Below are positions 56,187 through 64,000 of a DNA stretch of 64,000 bases, in pieces. A program made the translations under genes and the position numbers. Below the pieces are notes generated by a model that ran no database searches, was not told the DNA's origin, and was given only the letters and a program-made list of their open reading frames with translations. The stretch spans positions 277,953-341,952 of the forward strand of contig CALQZS010000001.1 in assembly GCA_943349945.1 (NCBI GenBank), given 5' to 3'. Position 1 is the stretch's first letter, and the number at the start of each line of letters is the position of its first letter. The DNA is from Candidatus Nomurabacteria bacterium. Its GTDB lineage: Bacteria; Patescibacteriota; Minisyncoccia; Phycocordibacterales; SBAW01.

Positions 56187-56380
56187 GCGTTGTCTCCCGC
56201 GCCACCCATAAACTCCTCAGGTTTTTTTGGCGGGGGCGGTATGGCGTGATCTCCTGCGGCTACTTCGGCAGCTTCCTCGTTGTCTATCTCTATTGCGTCG
56301 TTGGGTATGTCATTAGCCCACACAGCAATTGCCACTATGGCTAAAAATACTCCCAAGCCAATAAGAAATACAGTAATCAT
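56183..56380 (-). CDS. Small single-TM protein on the opposite strand inside the pilin operon
   Basis: MITVFLIGLGVFLAIVAIAVW + acidic/Pro tail; TATACT 6 nt before ATG. Confidence 0.6.
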   Translation of the reverse strand: MITVFLIGLGVFLAIVAIAVWANDIPNDAIEIDNEEAAEVAAGDHAIPPPPKKPEEFMGGAGDNA

Positions 56381-56428
56381 ATCTACAGTATAGCAAAATG
56401 GGATTTTCCTGCGTGGTAGCCTAAAGAG

Positions 56429-56815
56429 GTGCAAAGAGTACAAAAAGGATTTATGGCACTTGCGCTTGCTGGAGTATTGTCTGCTGGGCTCCTGCTTTTG
56501 GCAGGGGTGGGGAGCTTGCGTGCTTGGTATACACGGTCAAACGTGCTCGATTTTGAAATGAAGCAACAAAGCGAAGTACTCGCTGCTGCATGTATAGAGC
56601 AAGTACGCGTACAGCTTGTGAAAGATCCTTTATATGCAGGTGATGCTGTGTTTGCGTATGGAGAGGGGGTATGCACAGTGGGCGCAGTGCATGGCACAGC
56701 AGAAAAAGCATTTACGATTGTGAGCGAGTATCACGGTTTGCGCACTATCTTGGCTGTCACCCTTGATACGGCAACTATGGAACTACTCTCTGCGACGGAA
56801 CTATCCACACTCTAA
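56429..56815 (+). CDS. Minor pilin (PilX/GspK-like, no Glu5)
   Basis: KG|FMALA hydrophobic helix, LAAACIEQ. Confidence 0.7.
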   Translation: MQRVQKGFMALALAGVLSAGLLLLAGVGSLRAWYTRSNVLDFEMKQQSEVLAAACIEQVRVQLVKDPLYAGDAVFAYGEGVCTVGAVHGTAEKAFTIVSEYHGLRTILAVTLDTATMELLSATELSTL

Positions 56816-56893
56816 AAGTACTTCGCCCCAGCTTATTTTTTATATGATACGCTTACGGTAGTAGATTTATTGAGTTCCTAAATTTTTAAGGAA

Positions 56894-57418
56894 ATGAGAC
56901 ATCTTCTCGTGCGCGCTAGGGGCGTTGTGCCTGGTAGTCGTGTGGGGTGGGGTCGTGGGTTTACACTTATTGAGCTGCTTATTGTAATTGGGGTTATTGC
57001 CATCTTAGCAACGGTAGTAGTGGTGGCTATTAATCCTGCGCGACAATTTGCGCAGGCACGTAATAGTCAGCGGGTCAGCAACGTGACAACCATTCTAAAC
57101 GCAATAGGGCAAAATATTGCCGAGAACAGAGGTGTCTTTATGTGTGGAGGTGTGTCATTCGATATAGGTGGGGCAAGTAGTACGGCGGGTATTATCGCCA
57201 GCGGTTCTGCCGACCACGACCTAGCACCTTGTTTGGTCCCTATATACCTCACAGCGCTGCCAGTGGACCCAGTGGGTACGTCAACGTGCGCAACTCCTGA
57301 CTATGAAGACACAAATAGCTACAACACTTGTTATGAAGTGTCGCGTGATGCGGCTGGTCGCGTGACGGTGCGCGCACCCTCGGCAGAGTTGGGGGAGCAA
57401 ATAGCTGTTACGAGATAG
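56894..57418 (+). CDS. Type IV pilin
   Basis: RG|FTLIELLIVIGVIAIL, INPARQFAQARNSQR, LPVDP. Confidence 0.9.
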   Translation: MRHLLVRARGVVPGSRVGWGRGFTLIELLIVIGVIAILATVVVVAINPARQFAQARNSQRVSNVTTILNAIGQNIAENRGVFMCGGVSFDIGGASSTAGIIASGSADHDLAPCLVPIYLTALPVDPVGTSTCATPDYEDTNSYNTCYEVSRDAAGRVTVRAPSAELGEQIAVTR

Positions 57419-57475
57419 GCGTGCTTTTACTTCAAACCACTGTGGTGGAAAAAGGGATGATGTATACTGAGGTGC

Positions 57476-59452
57476 ATGGCCGCGGGGAAGAAAAAAGGTT
57501 CTGTTGAGGGGTTGAAAGACCAACTCTATTCACGTGCAGAGGCGCCAGAGGTACATCCAGAAGAACGCACACCGCTGTCTCATTCGGTGGCGCATGCACC
57601 CGTGGCGTGGGAAGATATTCAAAAAAAACCCGCCGCACCCACGCCGCATACGCCCCCGGTGGGCTTCCACGGTGGGGAAGTGAAGGGGCTCGAGCCTATG
57701 AAGCAAAAAAAAGGTTTTTCATTTGCCACTAAATTTCTATTTTTCTCTATTGCGTTTTTTTGCGCAGGGGCGGGGGTTGCTGCGTACATGTTTTTCTTGG
57801 GCGGCAACACTATCTCGTCGCAAAATATCGACATGCAAATTATTGCGCCGTCGCTCATCGACGGAGGCAAAGAGACCTCGTTTCAAATTTTGGTACACAA
57901 CCGCAACCAAGCGCCGCTTGAGCTGGTTGACCTGGTGATAGACTACCCCGACGGTGCCCGCGACCCCAAAGACCAAACAAAGTCGCTGATGCATGACAGA
58001 CAAACGGTCGGGACTATTTTGTCGGGCCAACAGATAAAGCGCACCGCGAGTGCCGTCTTTTATGGCCAAGAGGGGAGTCCGCAAAAAGTGCGTGCGCGCA
58101 TCGAGTACAACATCCCCGGCTCAAGTGCTGTGTTTGAACGGCAGGTAGAAGTCGACTTTACGGTTGGGTCGTCGCCTATTGCGGTGGTGGTTGAGTCTCC
58201 CGACCGGGCTGTAACGGGAGAGGAATTTACCATGGAGCTTTTGGTGCAAAGTAACGCACAGTCTGCGGTTGAAAACGTGGTCATCCAGGCACAGTATCCA
58301 TTTGGCTTTTCGGTAGTGCGCAGTACTCCTGAAGCAGAAGCAGGAGGCACGCTCTGGCGGCTTGGCTCTATGGAGCCCGGGTCGTCTAAAAAAATCACCC
58401 TCGTGGGCAAGATAGAAGGCCAAGACGGCGACGAACGCGTCTTCCGCTTTTTGGCGGGCTCTAATGCCGACCAGACCGACACCCAAGTGCGCGTGCCGTT
58501 TTTGATTGTGCCGCAAACGCTCACGGTGGAGCGGCCGTTCATCACCGCGGTCATTGCGGTGGATGGTAAAACGAGCAACATCTCGGCGCCTGCCGGCCAA
58601 AGTGTGCAGGGTACGGTTACTTGGCAAAATAATCTAAAAGAAGCAGTGTCTAACCTCGAGCTCAAATTATCGTTCAAAGGCGCGGTGTTGGATACAAACT
58701 CTGTCCGCTCGTCAAGTGGATTTTATGAATCGTCTGACGACTCGCTGGTGTGGACCAAAACGCAGGACTCGTCCTTGGGTTCTATACCACCTGGCGGATC
58801 GGGGGTTGTGCACTTTACATTCGAGACACTCAAACCCGGCGACGGCGGACTCTACGCAAACCCCACTATCGACCTAAACCTAACGGTGTCTGCCGTGCGC
58901 CAAGGTCAAGACCGCGTCCCCGAGACGGTTGACTCGGCAGCGACGGCGCGCGTGTCGGTGGCGTCGCTCGTGCAGCTAACCGCACAAGCGCTGTACTTTT
59001 CGGGGCCTTTTACCAACACAGGCCCTATGCCGCCGGTGGCCGAACAAAGCACTACCTACAGTATTGTGTGGACGGTCAACAACTCGTCGAACACGCTTGC
59101 CAACACTGCGGTGTCGTCGGTGTTGCCACCGTATGTACGATTTATCAGCTCGCAGGCAGGGAGTGGAATACAGTACAGCCCAGCCAGCCGAACGGTGACG
59201 TGGTCTCTGGGTGACGTAAAGCCCGGTGCGGGGTATAGTGGCACTGCCCGCACGGCGGCGTTCCAAGTGGCGCTGACCCCAAGTACAAGCCAGGTGGGGC
59301 AAGCGCCCGTGCTGACTGGCGAAGTAACCTTGACGGGCCAAGACAGATTTGCGCAGGTGCCCGTGCAAGCGCGCGCTAATGCACCAACCACACGTCTGAC
59401 CGCAGACAGTGACTTTGTGTCAAACATGGAGCTGGTGCTGCCAAAGCAATAA
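57476..59452 (+). CDS. Large membrane-anchored protein with tandem Ig-like domains
   Basis: One TM near aa 85-105, then beta-rich repeats (YPFGF, W.LG, YSIVWTVNN, VTWSLG). Confidence 0.75.
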   Translation: MAAGKKKGSVEGLKDQLYSRAEAPEVHPEERTPLSHSVAHAPVAWEDIQKKPAAPTPHTPPVGFHGGEVKGLEPMKQKKGFSFATKFLFFSIAFFCAGAGVAAYMFFLGGNTISSQNIDMQIIAPSLIDGGKETSFQILVHNRNQAPLELVDLVIDYPDGARDPKDQTKSLMHDRQTVGTILSGQQIKRTASAVFYGQEGSPQKVRARIEYNIPGSSAVFERQVEVDFTVGSSPIAVVVESPDRAVTGEEFTMELLVQSNAQSAVENVVIQAQYPFGFSVVRSTPEAEAGGTLWRLGSMEPGSSKKITLVGKIEGQDGDERVFRFLAGSNADQTDTQVRVPFLIVPQTLTVERPFITAVIAVDGKTSNISAPAGQSVQGTVTWQNNLKEAVSNLELKLSFKGAVLDTNSVRSSSGFYESSDDSLVWTKTQDSSLGSIPPGGSGVVHFTFETLKPGDGGLYANPTIDLNLTVSAVRQGQDRVPETVDSAATARVSVASLVQLTAQALYFSGPFTNTGPMPPVAEQSTTYSIVWTVNNSSNTLANTAVSSVLPPYVRFISSQAGSGIQYSPASRTVTWSLGDVKPGAGYSGTARTAAFQVALTPSTSQVGQAPVLTGEVTLTGQDRFAQVPVQARANAPTTRLTADSDFVSNMELVLPKQ

Positions 59453-59459
59453 ACCATAT

Positions 59460-60848
59460 ATGAAAGAGGAGAATGTAATGGAGAAGATTGTATCGCTGTG
59501 CAAGCGACGCGGCTTTGTATATCAAGGGTCAGAAATTTATGGCGGCTTGGCGGGTACGTGGGACTATGGGCCTTTGGGCGTGGCATTGAAAAAAAATATA
59601 GAAAATTTGTGGTGGCGCTATTTTGTGGAGTCGCGCGACGATATGTACGGCATCGATTCGGCAATTTTGATGAACCCGAAAGTGTGGGAGGCAAGCGGCC
59701 ACGTGGGCGGGTTTAACGACCCACTGGTGTCTGATGTTAAAACCAAAAAACGCTACCGCGCCGACCACTTGCTTGAAGAGGTGGGTGTAGACCCAACCGG
59801 AATGACGCTCGAGCAGATGGGCGCGGCCATAGTAGAGAAGAAAATAAAAAGTCCCGAAGGCAACGAACTTTCGGTGCCGCAGCAGTTTAATATGATGTTC
59901 AAAACAGCCGTGGGCTCGGTCGACGGTACGGACACCACGGTGTACCTGCGCCCCGAGACGGCGCAGGGGATGTTTGTGAACTTTAAAAATATCGTGGACT
60001 CCTTCCACCCAAAACTCCCATTTGGTATGGCGCAGATTGGGCGCAACTTCCGTAACGAGATAGCGCCGCGCGACTTTGTGTTTCGTGTGCGCGAGCTTGA
60101 GATAATGGAGTTCGAGTACTTTATAGAAGAAAAAACATGGGAGGAGCATTTTGCGTATTGGCAAAAACAAATGCACGGCTGGTTTAGTTTGTTGGGGTTT
60201 GCTCCAGAGGACATCCGCGAGGTAGAGATACCAGACGGCGAGCGTGCGCACTACTCCAAGCGCACCGTAGACTTCCACTTTAACTACCCACACAAGTTTG
60301 ACGAGATAGGGGGCTTGGCCTACCGCACCGACTTTGATCTTAAAAATCATATCGAGCACAGCAAAGCCGACCTGCAATACATGGACCCGCAGACAAACGA
60401 AAAGTTTGTGCCGCATGTGCTTGAACCTACGTTTGGTGTAGGGCGCCACCTGTTGGCGGTGTTGGTCAAAGCGTATACCGAGGACGAGCTGGGAGGGGAG
60501 TCCCGCGTGTACCTAAAATTCCCCCCGCACTTGGCGCCTGTTAAGGCCGCCGTATTTCCATTGCTTAAAAACAAGCCCGAGTTGGTCGCAAAAGCGCGCG
60601 AGGTGTACGCCAGTCTTAAAAAAGAAATTCCACAGATTGTCTGGGACGACAACGGCAACATCGGCAAGCGCTACCGCCGCCAGGACGAAATTGGTACGCC
60701 GTTTTGCATTACGGTCGACTTCGACACTCTGGGCGAAAATGCCGAACTTAAAGACACAGTAACACTGCGCGACCGAGACACAGGCGAGCAAAAGCGCGTA
60801 GCGGTGGCTGACCTTGCAAGCATATTGACAAGTGCTATGAAAGTATAG
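59460..60848 (+). CDS. glyS: Glycine--tRNA ligase (homodimeric, eukaryote/archaea-type)
   Basis: EIYGG, DYGPLG, LRPETAQG, FRNEI, FRVRE, IGKRYRRQDEIGTP. Confidence 0.96.
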   Translation: MKEENVMEKIVSLCKRRGFVYQGSEIYGGLAGTWDYGPLGVALKKNIENLWWRYFVESRDDMYGIDSAILMNPKVWEASGHVGGFNDPLVSDVKTKKRYRADHLLEEVGVDPTGMTLEQMGAAIVEKKIKSPEGNELSVPQQFNMMFKTAVGSVDGTDTTVYLRPETAQGMFVNFKNIVDSFHPKLPFGMAQIGRNFRNEIAPRDFVFRVRELEIMEFEYFIEEKTWEEHFAYWQKQMHGWFSLLGFAPEDIREVEIPDGERAHYSKRTVDFHFNYPHKFDEIGGLAYRTDFDLKNHIEHSKADLQYMDPQTNEKFVPHVLEPTFGVGRHLLAVLVKAYTEDELGGESRVYLKFPPHLAPVKAAVFPLLKNKPELVAKAREVYASLKKEIPQIVWDDNGNIGKRYRRQDEIGTPFCITVDFDTLGENAELKDTVTLRDRDTGEQKRVAVADLASILTSAMKV

Positions 60849-60905
60849 CATTATGCGTGCAGCGTGCGTTTCTAAAGATCCTTAAAAAAAAAGGGGGATA
60901 CTGCG

Positions 60906-61622
60906 GTGCTAAACATTCTCAAGCGAGGCATACGGCTGGTGGCTTTGATTACGCTTGTTGTTGTGGTGCTGTCTTTTGCGGCTAAGGTGGCTGTGTATGG
61001 CCTGTACAACGCGCCAACTCAGTCGCAAAACAAAGGCCCGCTATTCGGCGAGCCAGGCAAGGAGACTCTGTACATCGCCCTGCCGAACAAGGCCGATCAT
61101 GTGGCGGGTGATGAGGCGGCTCGGGTCGTTGTCATCGCATATCTGAGCTTTGGCTGCCCCGAATGCGCCCAATACTATCGGACGTTGCGCAAGTTGGCGC
61201 GGCAAGGGGTGACGGTTATATACCGTCACTACCAGCCATCGTGGGCGTTTGGTTCGCGCGCGTTCATCGTGGCGCATGCGGCCGAATGTGTGGCGGAGCG
61301 CCTGGGGCCAGAGGGATTTTGGGAGGTAGCGGACTATATCTTTGCCAACCAAGACAAAATCTTTGGTGCGGCGTATGACCCACTGCCGCCATTGTTGGCG
61401 CGATTTGATATGCTGGACGCGCCCTTTGAAGAGTGCAAGGACACCGGTAGGCACACCGAGCGTATCGATGTAAACACGAAGGAGGCGCTGACTATCGCAA
61501 GGCAGATGCCTATAACCATAGTCCTTGACCCAAGAAATGCAGAGGCGCATCTGCTCATCGGTGCAGTTGATGAGACAGACGTGCAACAAAGACTGATGCT
61601 CATAACGGCAGTGTCTCAGTAG
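60906..61622 (+). CDS. Divergent DsbA-like thioredoxin-fold protein
   Basis: YLSFGCPEC, IYRHY, AAECVAE, FWEVADYIF. Confidence 0.8.
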   Translation: MLNILKRGIRLVALITLVVVVLSFAAKVAVYGLYNAPTQSQNKGPLFGEPGKETLYIALPNKADHVAGDEAARVVVIAYLSFGCPECAQYYRTLRKLARQGVTVIYRHYQPSWAFGSRAFIVAHAAECVAERLGPEGFWEVADYIFANQDKIFGAAYDPLPPLLARFDMLDAPFEECKDTGRHTERIDVNTKEALTIARQMPITIVLDPRNAEAHLLIGAVDETDVQQRLMLITAVSQ

Positions 61623-61633
61623 CGCGGCCAGAC

Positions 61634-61665
61634 AATCCCCAGCCACACGGCTGGGGATTTTTTTT
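61634..61665 (+). terminator. Intrinsic terminator
   Basis: AATCCCCAGCC-ACAC-GGCTGGGGATT-TTTTTT. Confidence 0.85.
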
Positions 61666-61706
61666 ATACAAAAAAGCCTTGAGGTCGAATATGCTATCAT
61701 GCTCCC

Positions 61707-62777
61707 ATGAGTCGCGATGTTAGTGTCCATATCACCACAGGCACCATTGCCCGGGTATTTTTGTTGTTGGGGCTGGCGGGGCTGTTGTGGTACTTGCGCG
61801 ATATTGTGCTTATTGTGCTTGCTGCAGTGGTTATTGCCTCGGCTATAGAGCCGGGCGTGCGCGCGCTGATGCGCTATCGCGTGGGCCGGCTGTGGTCGGT
61901 GATATTGATATATGTAGGGGTTATAGCCGGGTTTTCAGCTACGCTCTTTTTCTTTATCCCGCCGGTATTAAACGACGCGGCAAGCTTGTTGCAGCAGCTG
62001 CCCGCAACGCTGTCGAGTCTTAACCTAGCCGACTTGACCCACGGGCTCTTGCCCAACGCTATTTCCCAGACGCTTTCGTCGGCTGACTTGTTGCGCGACT
62101 TGTCCCAAACGCTTGCGAGCTCGACGGGGGGCATGTTTACCACCGCGTCGGCGTTTTTTGGCGGCCTCACCTCGCTGGTGCTCATCGGCGTTTTTGCCTT
62201 TTATTTTTCAGTCCAAGAAACAGGGGTAGACGACTTTTTGCGCATCGTAACTCCTGTTCAGCACGAGTCATACGTGCTCGACTTGTGGAAACGCAGTCAA
62301 GAAAAAATAGGCAAGTGGATGCAAGGCCAGCTGATACTAGGACTTATTGTGGGCATGCTTTTGTATTTGGGGTTGGTTATTTTGGGTATCCCGCACCCGC
62401 TCTTGTTGGCAGTGTTGGCCGCCGTGTTCGAGATTATCCCGGTGTTTGGGCAAATCTTGGCGGCCATACCAGCCATCGCGGTGGCCTTTACCTTTGGGGG
62501 TGTAACGGAAGCGCTGTTGGTAACGGGGCTCTATGCGATAGTGCAGCAGTTTGAGGCGCACCTTATTTACCCCGTGGTGGTAAAAAAGATAGTCGGTGTG
62601 CCTCCGCTGTTGGTGATTTTGGCGCTCTTGGTGGGGCTCAAGTTGGTGGGCTTTCTTGGGGTACTACTTTCGGTGCCTATTGCAGGCGCGATACAGGAAT
62701 TTGTAAACGATATCGAAAAAAGGAAGTCGCGGCTGCTGGTGCGGTCTGGCCTTGCGCCCGAGACAGAAGGGCAGTAG
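61707..62777 (+). CDS. AI-2E family transporter
   Basis: WMQGQL, EIIPVFG, QQFEAHLIYP, GFLGVLLSVP. Confidence 0.92.
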   Translation: MSRDVSVHITTGTIARVFLLLGLAGLLWYLRDIVLIVLAAVVIASAIEPGVRALMRYRVGRLWSVILIYVGVIAGFSATLFFFIPPVLNDAASLLQQLPATLSSLNLADLTHGLLPNAISQTLSSADLLRDLSQTLASSTGGMFTTASAFFGGLTSLVLIGVFAFYFSVQETGVDDFLRIVTPVQHESYVLDLWKRSQEKIGKWMQGQLILGLIVGMLLYLGLVILGIPHPLLLAVLAAVFEIIPVFGQILAAIPAIAVAFTFGGVTEALLVTGLYAIVQQFEAHLIYPVVVKKIVGVPPLLVILALLVGLKLVGFLGVLLSVPIAGAIQEFVNDIEKRKSRLLVRSGLAPETEGQ

Positions 62778-62790
62778 TTTTGTTGGTATT

Positions 62791-64000
62791 ATGGCGCAGA
62801 AAAAACCTCTCTACATCACCACCACACTGCCGTATGTAAACGCCGACCCGCACATAGGGTTTGCGCTCGAGATTGTGCAGGCAGACATTGTGGCGCGCTA
62901 TCACACGCTGATGCAGCGAGAGGTGTTTTTTACTACCGGCACAGACGAACATGGGCAAAAGATTTTTCAAGTAGCCACCAAAGAGGGGCGGGATGTGCAA
63001 GAGTATGTCGACCACTTTGCCGGACAGTTTGGGAAGTTAAAAGACTCCCTTAACCTTTCGTACAATGCGTTTATCCGCACCACAGAGCCGCGTCATATAG
63101 AGGCGGCGCAAGAGCTGTGGCGCAGGTGCGAACAAGCGGGGGATATATATAAAAAGAAATACAAAGGCTTGTACTGTGTGGGCGACGAAATGTTTTTAAA
63201 AGAGACAGACATCGTGGACGGCAAGTGCCCCAACCACCCCAACATGGACCCGGTTGAGATAGAAGAAGAAAATTACTTCTTTAAGCTCAGTGCATACCAA
63301 GACAAGCTGCTTGCATACTTGGCGCGCGAAGATTCGATACTTCCAGACTGGCGTCGCCAAGAAGCGATAAAATTCGTACGTGACGGGCTCGAGGATTTTA
63401 GTATCTCGCGCGAAAAAGCGCGCATGAGTTGGGGCATCCCCGTGCCTGGCGACGAAACACAGGTGATGTATGTGTGGTTCGACGCGCTCACCAACTACAT
63501 CTCGACTACTGGGTGGCCAGACACAGAGGGGGACTTTAAAAAATACTGGCAAGAGGGCGAGGTGGTACAGACGGCAGGCAAAGACCAAGTCCGCTTCCAG
63601 TCCATTATGTGGCAGGCGATGCTTATGTCGGGGCAGGTCAAAAATACTGACAAGGTGGTGTACCACGGCTTCATCACCAGTGGGGGGCAAAAGATGAGCA
63701 AGTCGCTCGGCAACGTCATAGACCCATTTTCTATTGTTGCAGAATATGGCACCGACGCGCTGCGCTACTTTTTGGCACGGCACGTACACCCGTTTGATGA
63801 CAGCGACGTAACTATGGAGCGCTTCAAAGATGTCTACAATGCCGACTTGGCAAACGGGTTGGGTAACTTGGCTTCGCGGATTATGACCCTGGCAGAGACG
63901 CATCTTGCCGGGCCCATGGAGATTGCGTTCGTGCCGTACCCACAGGAGTACATCGAGGCGCTAGAAAAATTTGAGATCCACCGCGCAGCGGAGTATGTGT
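62791..64000 (+). CDS. metG: Methionine--tRNA ligase, 3'-truncated by the window edge (not in the ORF track)
   Basis: Manual translation MAQKKPLYITTTLPYVNADPHIGFALE...TGTDEHGQK...YVWFDALTNY...KMSKSLGN. Confidence 0.96.
   Translation, partial: MAQKKPLYITTTLPYVNADPHIGFALEIVQADIVARYHTLMQREVFFTTGTDEHGQKIFQVATKEGRDVQEYVDHFAGQFGKLKDSLNLSYNAFIRTTEPRHIEAAQELWRRCEQAGDIYKKKYKGLYCVGDEMFLKETDIVDGKCPNHPNMDPVEIEEENYFFKLSAYQDKLLAYLAREDSILPDWRRQEAIKFVRDGLEDFSISREKARMSWGIPVPGDETQVMYVWFDALTNYISTTGWPDTEGDFKKYWQEGEVVQTAGKDQVRFQSIMWQAMLMSGQVKNTDKVVYHGFITSGGQKMSKSLGNVIDPFSIVAEYGTDALRYFLARHVHPFDDSDVTMERFKDVYNADLANGLGNLASRIMTLAETHLAGPMEIAFVPYPQEYIEALEKFEIHRAAEYV

Noticed and set aside
63196-63903. 235-aa minus-strand ORF, and similar long shadow ORFs (e.g. 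59529-60449, 48980-49777, 34553-35341)
   Set aside because: Antisense shadows of metG, glyS, ileS and ddl, with no recognisable motifs

Overview
Core-chromosome segment spanning the replication origin of a reduced-genome bacterium, most likely Patescibacteria/CPR, Parcubacteria-like. The taxonomy is inferred from gene shortening, rplK with no rplA behind it, eukaryote-type GlyRS/IleRS, many type IV pilins and a tRNA-adjacent LAGLIDADG gene. It contains jag-yidC-rnpA-rpmH / dnaA-oriC-dnaN, PBP1A, five aminoacyl-tRNA synthetases, ruvABC, polA, eight tRNAs, secE-nusG-rplK, two PilB/GspE ATPases and a type IV pilus operon. Best candidates for new biology: (1) a divergent 7-gene pyrimidine/folate cluster whose ThyA has Asp at the dUMP-selecting Asn position (the dCMP methylase/hydroxymethylase signature) and whose Dcd lacks the catalytic Glu, suggesting a dCMP -> 5-methyl-dCMP -> dTMP route or modified-cytosine synthesis; (2) a five-copy family of covarying branched structured elements, mostly right behind tRNA genes and partly antisense to them; (3) an orphan ~170-nt structured RNA candidate with its own promoter next to ruvB; (4) nested perfect palindromes, one probably translated inside RuvC and one lying between two DnaA boxes with a 7-bp flanking duplication; (5) pervasive leaderless gene architecture. 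All calls were made by eye; no searches were run.
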